Shown here: positions 1 to 9,838 of the stretch, piece by piece | Numbering within the stretch: position 1 is the first letter of the stretch | Layout: each line of letters opens with the position of its first letter | Source: Flavobacterium sp. | Lineage (GTDB): Bacteria; Bacteroidota; Bacteroidia; Flavobacteriales; Flavobacteriaceae | Direction: 5' to 3' | DNA: 64,000 nt | Assembly (NCBI RefSeq): GCF_039916025.1 | Contig: NZ_JBDSMB010000065.1 | Location: 2,135 to 66,134, forward strand | Made by a program: the position numbers and the translations under genes | Notes under the pieces: model-generated | Databases searched by the model: none | The model's input: only the letters and a program-made list of their open reading frames with translations | What the model was told of the DNA's origin: nothing

Positions 1-1188
1 GCTGGAACTTGGAGTTCCTGTGATACTAATGACTGCCGTATTTCCTGGACATATTGTTCTATTCCCTGTAATATTAGCTACAGGTAAAGGATTTACAGTA
101 ACAGTGAGTGATCTTGTAACTGTACATGCGCCAATTGTAGAAGAAGCAGTATAGACAGTTGTACCTGCCGGAGATACTGTTGGGTTAGGAATATTAGGTG
201 TTGTTAAACTTGGATCTGCCGGAGCAGCTGTCCATGTATATGGATTGGGACTTCCTGTAACAGAAAGTGTGGTTGAACTTCCTGCACAAACAGGAACATT
301 GCCGCTTGTTGTTAAAAAAGGGCCAACAACAACATTTCCTATCGTTGCCGTGGCAGCAGTCGGAAGTGCGCTATCTGTAACAGAAACGGTATATATTCCG
401 GGAGGCACTCCGACAAAAACACCAGTAGCATTATTCAGAGTTACCGGACCGGTAATATTATAATTTATATAAGGCAATGTACCTCCAATACCACTAACAG
501 TTATTGAACCGTCACTAGCTGTAGCACATAATGCATTAGTAACATTATAGGTAACCATAAGGTCATCAGTAAGCATAAAATCATCTACAGCAAAATCATT
601 TCCGACTGCACTTGTATTTGCATTCCATAATTCAATAGTTGCTGTGGTAGCTGCGGCTGTGAAAGAATAAACGACATGCTTCCATCCTAATGAAGGCAGC
701 GGTGCCAATGTTGTACCTGCCACTAAGGTTAGTCCACTTCCTCCTGTTAACTGTATATTAATATCCGCTTGTGATGCCGGACCTGTAACCAAACTCGAAA
801 CTGATTTAATCCAATAACTAAATCTGTAAGTAGTTCCTATCGTTAACGTTGTGATTCCAGCTCCTGTATTTCCGGCTTTCCAAAACCTGGGATTTCCGGC
901 AGTTGTATTACCATCAATAATCAACATTCTACCATTCCCGGATGTGTGATCCGAACTTGGAATAAAATTAGCGGTATTTATGATGTTGGGGTTTGTGGTG
1001 AACGCAAAGTTTCCTGTTGTAGTTGTGCCGGAATAAGGACTGTTTAAAAGCGTGTATCCAGCGCCATTGGTAACAAAACCAATCCCGGATCCTCCGAGTT
1101 CAAAGCCTGGATTAACAATTAAATTTTGTGAAAACAGAGAATTTGCAAATAAAAAAACAAGTAGTAGTAGTGTTGATTTTTTTTTCAT
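1..1188 (-). CDS. N-terminal part of a large secreted adhesin-like protein (SprB-like repeat, Ig-like segments); runs off the window edge, absent from ORF track
   Basis: Frame read manually from ATG at 1188: MKKKSTLLLLVFLFANSLFSQNLIVNPGFE...; signal peptide; VTNALCATASDGSITVSGIGGTLPY resembles a SprB repeat; Thr/Gly/Pro-rich CAGSSTTLSVTG modules. Confidence 0.8.
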   Translation of the reverse strand, partial: MKKKSTLLLLVFLFANSLFSQNLIVNPGFELGGSGIGFVTNGAGYTLLNSPYSGTTTTGNFAFTTNPNIINTANFIPSSDHTSGNGRMLIIDGNTTAGNPRFWKAGNTGAGITTLTIGTTYRFSYWIKSVSSLVTGPASQADINIQLTGGSGLTLVAGTTLAPLPSLGWKHVVYSFTAAATTATIELWNANTSAVGNDFAVDDFMLTDDLMVTYNVTNALCATASDGSITVSGIGGTLPYINYNITGPVTLNNATGVFVGVPPGIYTVSVTDSALPTAATATIGNVVVGPFLTTSGNVPVCAGSSTTLSVTGSPNPYTWTAAPADPSLTTPNIPNPTVSPAGTTVYTASSTIGACTVTRSLTVTVNPLPVANITGNRTICPGNTAVISITGTPSSS

Positions 1189-1305
1189 ATTTGGGAACAA
1201 TTTTTTTTAGCAGCGAAATTTAAGTAATTTTAAGAAATAATTATCTTAAAATTTCTAAAATTTTTAATTAACAAAACTATTCCCAACAGATTAATTATAA
1301 TTATT

Positions 1306-1313
1306 TATCTTTG
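1306..1313 (+). promoter_or_regulatory. Bacteroidota -7 promoter element for folE
   Basis: TATCTTTG matches TAnnTTTG about 35 nt before the start. Confidence 0.5.
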
Positions 1314-1348
1314 TGTTTTAAATTTCAAAACCCGAATTAACAAAGAAT

Positions 1349-2023
1349 TTGATGATAGATAGTGACCAATTTAATGAAGAATTAGGCGAAAATCATATTG
1401 CAACAAGTGCACAGAATCCTGTAAGAAATGATGCGTTTACTTTATCCGATGAACAAAAAATTGAACAAATAAAAAAAGATGTTGAAAATATCCTGCACAC
1501 ACTGGGAATGGATTTAACAGATGATAGCATAAAAGGAACACCAAATCGTGTTGCTAAAATGTTTGTCAAAGAAATTTTCGGAGGATTAAATCCAAATAAA
1601 AAACCAAAAGCTTCCACTTTTGCCAATAACTACAAATATGGTGAAATGCTGGTCGAAAAAAACATCACCCTCTACTCTACTTGTGAGCATCATTTATTAC
1701 CAATAATCGGTAGAGCGCACGTTGCCTATATCTCTAACGGAACGGTTGTAGGACTTTCTAAAATGAACAGAATTGTAGATTATTACGCCAAAAGACCTCA
1801 GGTTCAGGAGCGTTTAACGATGCAAATTGTTCAGGAATTACAACAAGTTTTAGGAACTGAAGATGTGGCTTGCGTCATTGATGCCAAACACCTTTGCGTA
1901 AATTCACGCGGAATTCGTGATGTTGAAAGCAGCACGGTGACTTCTGAATATGGAGGAAAATTCAATGACGAACAAACCCGCAGAGAATTCCTGGATTACA
2001 TCAAATTAGACACCGAATTTTAA
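1349..2023 (+). CDS. folE: GTP cyclohydrolase I
   Basis: [35 protein letters not shown] and HLCVNSRG motifs. Confidence 0.97.
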   Translation: MMIDSDQFNEELGENHIATSAQNPVRNDAFTLSDEQKIEQIKKDVENILHTLGMDLTDDSIKGTPNRVAKMFVKEIFGGLNPNKKPKASTFANNYKYGEMLVEKNITLYSTCEHHLLPIIGRAHVAYISNGTVVGLSKMNRIVDYYAKRPQVQERLTMQIVQELQQVLGTEDVACVIDAKHLCVNSRGIRDVESSTVTSEYGGKFNDEQTRREFLDYIKLDTEF

Positions 2024-2124
2024 TAGCCCAGATTGACGCGACATCCTTTATTTTTAGGATTGGCCTTTGTGCCAACAAAGGCCAATCCTAAAAATAAAGA
2101 TATAGCAGAAAGCTGGAAATAGCT
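2024..2124. repeat. Intergenic REP-like element with a perfect 25-bp inner hairpin
   Basis: Stem 2046-2070/2075-2099 with 4-nt loop; flanks TAGCCCAGAT..ATCCTTT and AAAGAT..AGCTGGAAATAGCT are homologous to the reverse complement of 52927-53003. Confidence 0.8.
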
Positions 2125-2133
2125 CCTAATAAA

Positions 2134-3612
2134 ATGCAATTATATAAAAACCATCAACTAAAAATATACAACTCTCTTTCGGGAGAAAAAGAAGTTTTCA
2201 AACCTGTGCATGCAGGAAATATTGGCATGTATGTGTGCGGACCAACCGTGTACAGCAACGTGCACCTTGGAAATGTTCGGACTTTCATGTCGTTTGATAT
2301 GATTTTCAGATACTTTTTACATTTAGAATACAAAGTCCGCTACGTGAGAAACATCACCGATGTTGGCCATATTGTGGATGATGTGGATGATGGCGAAGAT
2401 AAAATTGCCAAAAAAGCACGTGTCGAGCAACTCGAACCAATGGAAATTGTACAGCGTTATACTGTCGATTTTCACGATGTTCTGAATCAGTTTAATTTTC
2501 TTCCGCCAAGTATTGAACCAACCGCAACCGGGCATATCATTGAGCAGATTGAAATCGTAAATCAGATTATTGAAAAAGGATTTGGTTACGAAAAGAATGG
2601 CTCTGTTTATTTTGATGTGGTGAAGTTTAACATAAACAATCATTACGGAAAACTAAGTGGCAGAAACATTGACGATATGCTTGCCAATACCCGCGACACC
2701 GACGGTCAAAGCGACAAGAAAAACCCACAGGATTTTGCGCTTTGGAAAAGAGCCGAACCGGAACATATCATGCGTTGGCCTTCGCCCTGGGGCGTTGGTT
2801 TTCCTGGCTGGCATCTAGAATGTACTGCTATGAGCACCAAATACCTTGGTGAAACTTTTGATATTCACGGTGGCGGAATGGATTTGAAATTCCCGCATCA
2901 CGAATGTGAAATTGCTCAGAATGAAGCCTGCACAGGACATAGTCCGGTGAATTATTGGATGCACGCCAACATGCTGAATCTGAATGGTAAAAAAATGTCA
3001 AAATCGACAGGGAACAATCTGCTCCCTGGTGAAATATATTCGGGTGGAAGTCCGTTTTTGAGCAAGCCTTTTTCTGCTAATGTGGCTCGTTTCTTTATGA
3101 TGCAGGCACATTACCGAAGCATTCTCGACTTTACTAACGACGGAATTGTAGCTGCCGAAAAAGGATTTAACCGATTGATAGAAGGCATTGATATTCTGAA
3201 AGAATTAGAGCCAAGCGCTGCTTCTACTCTTGATATTGCTGCCTGGAAACAGAATTGCTATGAAGCAATGAATGACGATTTCAATACGCCAATTTTGATT
3301 GCAAACTTATTTGAAGGAATTCGATTTGTCAATTTGATAAACGATGGAAAAGAAACTCTTAATGCAGCCGATTTAAAAACACTTTCGGAAACCTTAAATA
3401 CGTTCACTTTTGATGTTATCGGAATCAGAGATGAAAAATGTGCTGCCGATAATTCAGAAAAATTAGATGGTGTTGTTGAAATGCTGATTGGTATGAGAAA
3501 TGAAGCCAGAGCGAATAAAAACTTTGCGTTGTCTGACCAGATTCGTGACCAGTTGTTAGTACTTGGAATCCAGTTAAAAGACGGAAAAGACGGTACAACT
3601 TTTACAGCTTAA
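2134..3612 (+). CDS. cysS: Cysteine--tRNA ligase
   Basis: [41 protein letters not shown] and KMSKS motifs. Confidence 0.98.
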   Translation: MQLYKNHQLKIYNSLSGEKEVFKPVHAGNIGMYVCGPTVYSNVHLGNVRTFMSFDMIFRYFLHLEYKVRYVRNITDVGHIVDDVDDGEDKIAKKARVEQLEPMEIVQRYTVDFHDVLNQFNFLPPSIEPTATGHIIEQIEIVNQIIEKGFGYEKNGSVYFDVVKFNINNHYGKLSGRNIDDMLANTRDTDGQSDKKNPQDFALWKRAEPEHIMRWPSPWGVGFPGWHLECTAMSTKYLGETFDIHGGGMDLKFPHHECEIAQNEACTGHSPVNYWMHANMLNLNGKKMSKSTGNNLLPGEIYSGGSPFLSKPFSANVARFFMMQAHYRSILDFTNDGIVAAEKGFNRLIEGIDILKELEPSAASTLDIAAWKQNCYEAMNDDFNTPILIANLFEGIRFVNLINDGKETLNAADLKTLSETLNTFTFDVIGIRDEKCAADNSEKLDGVVEMLIGMRNEARANKNFALSDQIRDQLLVLGIQLKDGKDGTTFTA

Positions 3613-3620
3613 TATCAAAT

Positions 3621-3863
3621 ATGTTGAAGAAAATTGCCATAGCGCCATTACTTGTACTTATTTATTTTTACAAAATTGTATTGTCTCCGTTATTGCCCTC
3701 AAGTTGTCGATTTCAGCCAACATGCTCTACATATTTTATCGAAGCGTTAAAAATTCATGGTCCATTTAGAGGAACTTATTTGGGCATTAAAAGAATTGCA
3801 AGCTGTCACCCTTGGGGAAAAAGCGGCTATGATCCAGTTCCTGAAAAAAAATGTGCGCATTAA
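3621..3863 (+). CDS. yidD: Membrane protein insertion efficiency factor
   Basis: [10 protein letters not shown] and [17 protein letters not shown] motifs. Confidence 0.93.
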   Translation: MLKKIAIAPLLVLIYFYKIVLSPLLPSSCRFQPTCSTYFIEALKIHGPFRGTYLGIKRIASCHPWGKSGYDPVPEKKCAH

Positions 3864-3933
3864 AGTTTCCTTAATTTGATAGACTTTTTAGAACAAATTA
3901 CTATTTTTACATCCACACCTAACCCAAAATAAC

Positions 3934-4839
3934 ATGATCTGGAATCCATCAGAAGGAATTAATATTGGTTTTTTTACTATCCGTTTTTACAGCTTAATGT
4001 TTGTCATTGCATTTGGGCTTGGATGGTACATAATGAAACATATTTTTATTAGAGAAAAAGAGTCGCTTGAAAAATTAGACACGCTTTTTATTTGGACCGT
4101 TATTGCCACTTTACTTGGTGCACGTTTGGGTCACGTTTTTTTCTACGATTGGGAATATTACAGAAATAATCTATTAGAAATTTTACTTCCGTTTAGATTT
4201 AATCCACAGTTTGAATTTACCGGTTTTCAAGGTTTAGCAAGTCATGGAGCTGCAGCTGCCATTATTATTTTTATGTATTACTATAGCAAAAAAGTAATAA
4301 AAAGACCTTTGCTTTGGGTTTTGGACAGAGTAGTAATTCCTGTAGCTTGTGGTGCTATTTTTGTTCGGATTGGAAATTTCTTCAACTCCGAAATTGTTGG
4401 TAAAATAACTAATTCTCCATTTGGTGTTCGCTTTATAAGAGATTATTATTCTCCGAAAGAAGTGGTTAACTTCACTAAAATTTCAAATGTAAACGATGCC
4501 TATCACGCGCTTGTAAACGATCCAAAATATGCCGCACTTTTAGAAAAAGTTCCGGCAAAACATCCTGCACAATTGTATGAAGCTTTTGCTTATGTATTTG
4601 TATTTTTTATTCTCTTTTTCTTGTATTGGAAAACCAAAACAGCCGAAAAGCATGGTTTATTGTTTGGTTATTTCCTAATCCTACTTTGGTCAGTTCGATT
4701 TGTAGTTGAATATGTAAAAGAAAGCCAAGGTGGAATTGAAGAAACTTTCGGATTGCTTTCAACCGGGCAATGGCTGAGTATTCCTTTTATTTTAGTCGGA
4801 ATCTATTACTTATTCGTTGCCGAAAAACCAGTAGAATAA
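3934..4839 (+). CDS. lgt: Prolipoprotein diacylglyceryl transferase
   Basis: GARLGHVFFY, GLASHG, RIGNFFNSE, HPAQLYE and RFVVEYVK motifs; multiple TM helices. Confidence 0.95.
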   Translation: MIWNPSEGINIGFFTIRFYSLMFVIAFGLGWYIMKHIFIREKESLEKLDTLFIWTVIATLLGARLGHVFFYDWEYYRNNLLEILLPFRFNPQFEFTGFQGLASHGAAAAIIIFMYYYSKKVIKRPLLWVLDRVVIPVACGAIFVRIGNFFNSEIVGKITNSPFGVRFIRDYYSPKEVVNFTKISNVNDAYHALVNDPKYAALLEKVPAKHPAQLYEAFAYVFVFFILFFLYWKTKTAEKHGLLFGYFLILLWSVRFVVEYVKESQGGIEETFGLLSTGQWLSIPFILVGIYYLFVAEKPVE

Positions 4840-4913
4840 TTTGTCGTAATTTTCTTTTTAAATTAAAATATAATATTACTTTAGCCCACTCAATAAAAAC
4901 CTAAAATACTATT

Positions 4914-5342
4914 ATGAAAAAAAGAATCTCTATTACTGCTTTGTTATTATCGATGACAATTGTATTAAATAGCTGTGGTGTAATGTTTGGCGGAAGCAAA
5001 TACCAAGGAACTATCATCGCAAAAGACCATCCTAATGCTGAAATCTATGCAAATGGAAAAAAATTAGGAAACGGACAGGCAACTGCACTTTTTCCAAGAG
5101 ATAAAGAATTGACAGTTGAAATAAAAGAACCAGGCTGCGAAACAAAAACACAAACATTTGCTAAAGCATTCCGTACCGGAAACTTTATCTTAAGTGTTGT
5201 AAGCTGGGGATTACTAGGCTTAGCTGTTGACTTAGGAACTGGAGCGTCATACAAACCAGATCATAAACACAATCCTGCAATTCAAAAAGTTACTGATAAA
5301 GAATATACTTTTACTGTAGATGCTCCGGCCTGTAATAAATAA
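4914..5342 (+). CDS. Hypothetical lipoprotein (PEGA-like domain)
   Basis: Lipobox LNSC; NAEIYANGKKLG segment. Confidence 0.7.
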   Translation: MKKRISITALLLSMTIVLNSCGVMFGGSKYQGTIIAKDHPNAEIYANGKKLGNGQATALFPRDKELTVEIKEPGCETKTQTFAKAFRTGNFILSVVSWGLLGLAVDLGTGASYKPDHKHNPAIQKVTDKEYTFTVDAPACNK

Positions 5343-5359
5343 TTCTATTTATATTCAAT

Positions 5360-5388
5360 AAAAAGCCCTGATTTTATCAGGGCTTTTT
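5360..5388. terminator. Bidirectional intrinsic terminator
   Basis: AAAAAGCCCTGAT-TTT-ATCAGGGCTTTTT between convergent genes. Confidence 0.85.
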
Positions 5389-6429
5389 TTATTCTTCTTC
5401 GTTTGCATTTGACTTAGCGTAATTGCGCCATTTCTCGATACAATCTGTCATATCTTGTGGCAATTCGGTGTCAAACCGCATAAATTCTTTGGTAACAGGA
5501 TGTACAAATCCCAATGTTTTTGCATGTAATGCCTGTCTTGGCAACGTCTTAAAACAATTGTCTATAAACTGTTTGTATTTGGTAAAAGTGGTTCCTTTCA
5601 AAATCAAATCACCGCCATAACGTTCGTCATTGAATAAAGTATGCCCAATATATTTCATGTGCACACGAATCTGATGCGTTCTTCCGGTTTCCAATTTGCA
5701 GGAAACCAACGTAACATAACCAAAACGCTCCAAAACTTTATAATGTGTAACTGCATGTTTTCCAATATCGCCTTCAGGAAAAACAGCCATTTGCATTCTG
5801 TCTTTCACGTGACGCGCAATATTGCCTTCTACGGTTCCTGACTCTTGTTTTACATTTCCCCAGACCAACGCAATATATTCACGTTCCGAAGTTTTGTCTT
5901 CGAATTGTTTTGCCAGATGCGTCATCGCCTGCTCTGTTTTGGCAACGACCATAAGTCCGGAAGTGTTTTTGTCAATTCGGTGAACCAATCCTGGTCTGTC
6001 GCTTGAATTCTTTGGCAGGTTTTCAAAATGAAAAGCCAGAGCGTTTACTAATGTTCCTGTATAATTTCCGTGTCCGGGATGAACAACCAATCCTGGTGGT
6101 TTATTGATAACCAAAAGCGATTCATCTTCATAAACAATATCAAGTGGAATATTTTCGGGAAGTATCAGGTTTTCAAATGGCGGATGTGACAACATCACAC
6201 GCACCACATCAAAAGGCTTAACGCGATAATTTGACTTTACCGGAATATCGTTCACCCAAATGTTTCCATCTTCGGCAGCTTTCTGAATTTTATTTCGGGT
6301 TGAATTAGCAACCAATTGCATCAGGAATTTATCGACACGCAACAACGATTGTCCTTTGTCAGCAACATGTCGGTGGTGTTCAAATAATTCCTCTTCTTCT
6401 AATTCAGGCGTATCGTTATTATTGAGCAT
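5389..6429 (-). CDS. rluD: RluA-family pseudouridine synthase (RluD-like)
   Basis: N-terminal S4 domain (RVDKFL), PGLVHRIDKNTSGL and LETGRTHQIRVH motifs. Confidence 0.92.
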   Translation of the reverse strand: MLNNNDTPELEEEELFEHHRHVADKGQSLLRVDKFLMQLVANSTRNKIQKAAEDGNIWVNDIPVKSNYRVKPFDVVRVMLSHPPFENLILPENIPLDIVYEDESLLVINKPPGLVVHPGHGNYTGTLVNALAFHFENLPKNSSDRPGLVHRIDKNTSGLMVVAKTEQAMTHLAKQFEDKTSEREYIALVWGNVKQESGTVEGNIARHVKDRMQMAVFPEGDIGKHAVTHYKVLERFGYVTLVSCKLETGRTHQIRVHMKYIGHTLFNDERYGGDLILKGTTFTKYKQFIDNCFKTLPRQALHAKTLGFVHPVTKEFMRFDTELPQDMTDCIEKWRNYAKSNANEEE

Positions 6430-7036
6430 CTACTTCGGGCATTTTTGTGGTATCAACTTCGGTAGTATCAACAGTTTCTTCATAAGTGATTTTTCCATCA
6501 CCAAGAACCAAGTCAATTTTGGATGATTTCAGGATTTTATCACCAGCTTTTAGTTTCTTTCCGTTCTGGCGCAATTCAAGAACCATATCTTTTCCTAAAT
6601 AAGGCTTATAGGTAATCTCTCCTTCTAACAAACCTACAGCTTCAAGTGTTGGAACTGCCTGACGATAGGTTTTCTCAATCAAATCAGGTAAGCTGACCAT
6701 CGTATATTTTGAAGCGTTTATTTTGATATAAATCTTTCTTCCTTCTTTTACTTTTGCACCAGCTTTTGGCTCTTGATCAACTATAGTCAACTTTGGAAAA
6801 TCAGGTCTGAAATCAACAGTGTCAAGGATTATATAATCTAAATCGATAGCGCTTAATTTTTCTTCAGCCTGTTCTGCAGAAAGTCGGGCCAAATCAGGAA
6901 CTGTAATTTCCTGTCCGTGATGTGTGGTATAAGTTATCCAATGAAAAAATAAATATGCGATAGCGGCAAAAATTGCCATAGCGGCAAGAATTTGGGCAAA
7001 AAAAACTCGACTTGTTAAATACGCACGTAAACTCAT
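6419..7036 (-). CDS. PASTA-domain membrane protein
   Basis: One TM helix then VPDL/LPDL PASTA repeats; start set at ATG 7036 because TATCTTTG (-7) lies on the minus strand at 7055-7062. Confidence 0.85.
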   Translation of the reverse strand: MSLRAYLTSRVFFAQILAAMAIFAAIAYLFFHWITYTTHHGQEITVPDLARLSAEQAEEKLSAIDLDYIILDTVDFRPDFPKLTIVDQEPKAGAKVKEGRKIYIKINASKYTMVSLPDLIEKTYRQAVPTLEAVGLLEGEITYKPYLGKDMVLELRQNGKKLKAGDKILKSSKIDLVLGDGKITYEETVDTTEVDTTKMPEVDAQ

Positions 7037-7099
7037 AAAGAAATTTAATTTGCACAAAGATATAAAAAACATAAAGGTATTTGGTTTCAAAAAAATTGA

Positions 7100-7107
7100 T
7101 AATTTTG
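7100..7107 (+). promoter_or_regulatory. -7 promoter element for ddl
   Basis: TAATTTTG matches TAnnTTTG. Confidence 0.45.
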
Positions 7108-7128
7108 TTTAAACTAAAACTTACCTAA

Positions 7129-8115
7129 ATGAACGTAGCAGTAGTAATGGGTGGATATTCAGATGAATCTGTAATATCATTACGAAGTGGTCAATTAATC
7201 CTAAATCATCTTGACAAAACAAAATACCAACCTTTTGAAGTCCACGTACTTAAAGACGAATGGTATTGCGTAATCGATTCGGTAAAATATCCTGTCAACA
7301 AAGGTGATTTTACTTTTACCAAAGACAATCAGACCGTAAAATTTGACGTTGCCGTAAATACCGTTCACGGAACTCCGGGCGAAGACGGGCATTTACAAGC
7401 TTATTGGGAACTTATTGATTTGCCTTATTCGGGTTGCAATTACTATCAATCGAGTTTGACTTTTAATAAAAGAGATACACTTTCTGTGTTATCAAAATTT
7501 AATATACCAAAAGCAAAATCCATTTATATAACCAAAGGCGAAGCCATTGACGGAAAGAAAATTGAAGCCGAATTAGGTTTGCCATTCTTTGTTAAACCCA
7601 ATCAATCCGGAAGCAGTTTGGGTGTTTCGATGGTCAGCACTTTAGAAGATTTACCTAAAGCTTTAGATTTTGCTTTCGCGGAAGACAATGATATTCTGAT
7701 TGAATCCTATCTAAACGGAACCGAAGTTTCTGTCGGAGTTTTGAATTATAAAGGAGAAACCACAGTTTTGGGCATTACCGAAATTCTTTCTCAAAACGCA
7801 TTCTTTGATTATGAAGCTAAATATTTAGGAAAATCAGAAGAAATTACGCCAGCCAGAATATCAGCAGAATTAGAAAAATTGGTCGTAGAAACCGCCAAAA
7901 AAGTATATGAAGCCTTAGGAATGAGTGGTTTTTCAAGAACTGATTTCATCATCATGAATGGCATTCCACATTTTATCGAAATCAATACCAATCCTGGTTT
8001 GTCGCCACAAAGTATTTTTCCGCAACAGGCAGCGTATGCAAATATTCCATTCAGCGATTTGTTGGATAACGAAATTAAATTAGCTTTACAAAGGAAACCT
8101 ATCTGGAAAAAGTAA
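7129..8115 (+). CDS. ddl: D-alanine--D-alanine ligase
   Basis: GGYSDE, HGTPGEDG, FVKPNQSGSSLG, FFDYEAKY and EINTNPG motifs. Confidence 0.97.
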   Translation: MNVAVVMGGYSDESVISLRSGQLILNHLDKTKYQPFEVHVLKDEWYCVIDSVKYPVNKGDFTFTKDNQTVKFDVAVNTVHGTPGEDGHLQAYWELIDLPYSGCNYYQSSLTFNKRDTLSVLSKFNIPKAKSIYITKGEAIDGKKIEAELGLPFFVKPNQSGSSLGVSMVSTLEDLPKALDFAFAEDNDILIESYLNGTEVSVGVLNYKGETTVLGITEILSQNAFFDYEAKYLGKSEEITPARISAELEKLVVETAKKVYEALGMSGFSRTDFIIMNGIPHFIEINTNPGLSPQSIFPQQAAYANIPFSDLLDNEIKLALQRKPIWKK

Positions 8116-8118
8116 AAT

Positions 8119-8730
8119 ATGTTCTTCTACGGCGTAAAATCAAAATCACTAAAAAAAGGAATGTTAACCAGCATTCATTGTGATTATTGCGATGAAGACA
8201 GCGAAATGGAATATAATTTTCTTCAGAAATATTTCCATTTGTATTGGATTCCGCTTTTCCCTTTAAAAAAGAAAACAGAAGTTAGCTGTGAAAATTGTGG
8301 CCACCTATTTCAAAATAAGGAAATTACAAAAGACATCACTCAAAAATTAAATCGGGTAAAAGACCGCTACCCTACCCGAACTCCGGTTTGGGCATTCTCG
8401 GGAATAATCATTTTAGTATTATTCTTCACTTGGGCATTTTGGCAATCCGGAAGACACGAGGTTGTTGAAGGCGATTACATTAAAAATCCAAAAAAAGGCG
8501 ATATCTATTTTTTAAATTTTACACCAGGTAATTACACGACGCTGCGGATTGATAAAGTAGATAAAACCAATGTTTACTACACACTGAATGATACTTCGGT
8601 TTATAAATACACCAAAGTCTTTTTTATAGAAGATGATAAATATTACACCAACAAAAAAGGGATTTATACACGTCAAAAAATTGAGGATTTTTACAAAAAA
8701 GACAGCATCATTTCGATAAAACGAAAATAA
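8119..8730 (+). CDS. Zinc-ribbon domain membrane protein
   Basis: CDYC...FHLYWIPLFP...CENC, followed by one TM helix. Confidence 0.75.
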   Translation: MFFYGVKSKSLKKGMLTSIHCDYCDEDSEMEYNFLQKYFHLYWIPLFPLKKKTEVSCENCGHLFQNKEITKDITQKLNRVKDRYPTRTPVWAFSGIIILVLFFTWAFWQSGRHEVVEGDYIKNPKKGDIYFLNFTPGNYTTLRIDKVDKTNVYYTLNDTSVYKYTKVFFIEDDKYYTNKKGIYTRQKIEDFYKKDSIISIKRK

Positions 8731-8740
8731 GAGTAACGGA

Positions 8741-8818
8741 AATATTGCGTTCAGCGATTTGCCTGATAACAAAATAACCTTAGCTTTACAAAGGAAACCA
8801 ATTTGGAAGAAATAAAAT
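8741..8818 (+). pseudogene. Diverged duplicate of the ddl 3' end
   Basis: 65/78 nt identical, ungapped, to 8041-8118; reads NIAFSDLPDNKITLALQRKPIWKK* versus ddl NIPFSDLLDNEIKLALQRKPIWKK*. Confidence 0.9.
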
Positions 8819-8820
8819 TG

Positions 8821-8884
8821 CTGTCAGTTCTCAGTTTTCTGTAAAACTGACAACAGATAACTCACAACAGATAACTGAAAACTA
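8821..8884. repeat. Short-unit inverted repeat element (CAGTT / AACTG, ACAACAGATAACT)
   Basis: ctgtcagttctcagttttc followed by aaaactgacaacagataactcacaacagataactgaaaact. Confidence 0.6.
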
Positions 8885-8886
8885 CA

Positions 8887-9345
8887 ATGAAAAAAGCAGT
8901 ATTCCCAGGTTCGTTTGACCCAATAACCAATGGTCATTATGATATTATTAAAAGAGGCGTTTCGCTTTTTGACGAAGTGATTGTTGCGATTGGAATCAAT
9001 GCCGATAAAAAATACATGTTTTCGCTTGAAGACAGAAAAAGATTCATCGAGGAAACTTTTAAAAATGAACCAAAAGTAAAAGTGATTACTTATGAAGGCC
9101 TGACGATTGATTTGTGCCGAAAAATGGAAGCTAAGTTTATTCTCCGTGGTTTGCGGAATCCGGCCGATTTTGAATTTGAAAAAGCCATCGCTCATACCAA
9201 TAGAAAATTGTCCAAAATTGAGACGGTGTTTCTGTTGACTGCTTCAAATACTTCTTATATTTCCTCAAGTATTGTTCGTGATGTAATCAGGAATAATGGC
9301 GATTACACGGTTTTGGTTCCGGAAAGTGTTATAGTTAAGAAATGA
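8887..9345 (+). CDS. coaD: Pantetheine-phosphate adenylyltransferase
   Basis: FPGSFDPITNGH, RGLRNPADFEFE and ISSSIVR motifs. Confidence 0.97.
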   Translation: MKKAVFPGSFDPITNGHYDIIKRGVSLFDEVIVAIGINADKKYMFSLEDRKRFIEETFKNEPKVKVITYEGLTIDLCRKMEAKFILRGLRNPADFEFEKAIAHTNRKLSKIETVFLLTASNTSYISSSIVRDVIRNNGDYTVLVPESVIVKK

Positions 9346-9830
9346 AAATTTTAGACATCTTTAAACCAAAAAGAATAGTTAAAACTGTTACTGTTTATAT
9401 TTCAAATAAACATTCCGAGATAATAATAGCTCCTATTTCAACAGAAAAAAATAGACCTGGATATTATTTTGAACAAGAGACTTGTGAAGTAATTGATTTA
9501 AAAAGTTCGCCTGAAATTATTGGTGAAGCTATAAAACGTAATTTCAACAAGTTTCGCATTGCCAAAAATAACAATTCGGGAAAGGTAACTGATTGGCCAG
9601 GTTTAAAAACAAGCAAAGAAAAAACTAAAGTTGGTTTTGAAAAAAATTATACTAGAATATCAGTTACAGGTTGTAACGAATACAATATCAGTTTTGAAAT
9701 CGAAACAATATTAAATTATCAATCAGAAATTGATTTGATTACTACAATTTCAGCATATGGTGATAACTCCAAATTAGGAACCAGAATCTTGAAAATTTAC
9801 AATTCAGATATTTGTGAGCGAAAATTTTAA
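9342..9830 (+). CDS. Hypothetical protein, weak resemblance to CdiI-type immunity proteins
   Basis: AT-rich 162-aa ORF coupled to coaD by an ATGA overlap; family resemblance by eye only. Confidence 0.6.
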   Translation: MKILDIFKPKRIVKTVTVYISNKHSEIIIAPISTEKNRPGYYFEQETCEVIDLKSSPEIIGEAIKRNFNKFRIAKNNNSGKVTDWPGLKTSKEKTKVGFEKNYTRISVTGCNEYNISFEIETILNYQSEIDLITTISAYGDNSKLGTRILKIYNSDICERKF

Positions 9831-9838
9831 ACTGAACA

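Noticed and set aside
245-463. Short antisense or alternate-frame ORFs in the track (this one and many others)
   Set aside because: They overlap well-supported genes and lack motifs; treated as shadow ORFs.
1177-1185. A9 tract in the adhesin signal peptide as a phase-variation switch
   Set aside because: Lys runs after ATG are normal in these signal peptides and A/T homopolymers are common here.
8041-8818. ddl duplicate as a DGR TR/VR pair
   Set aside because: Mismatches are not restricted to adenines in either copy and no RT is nearby.
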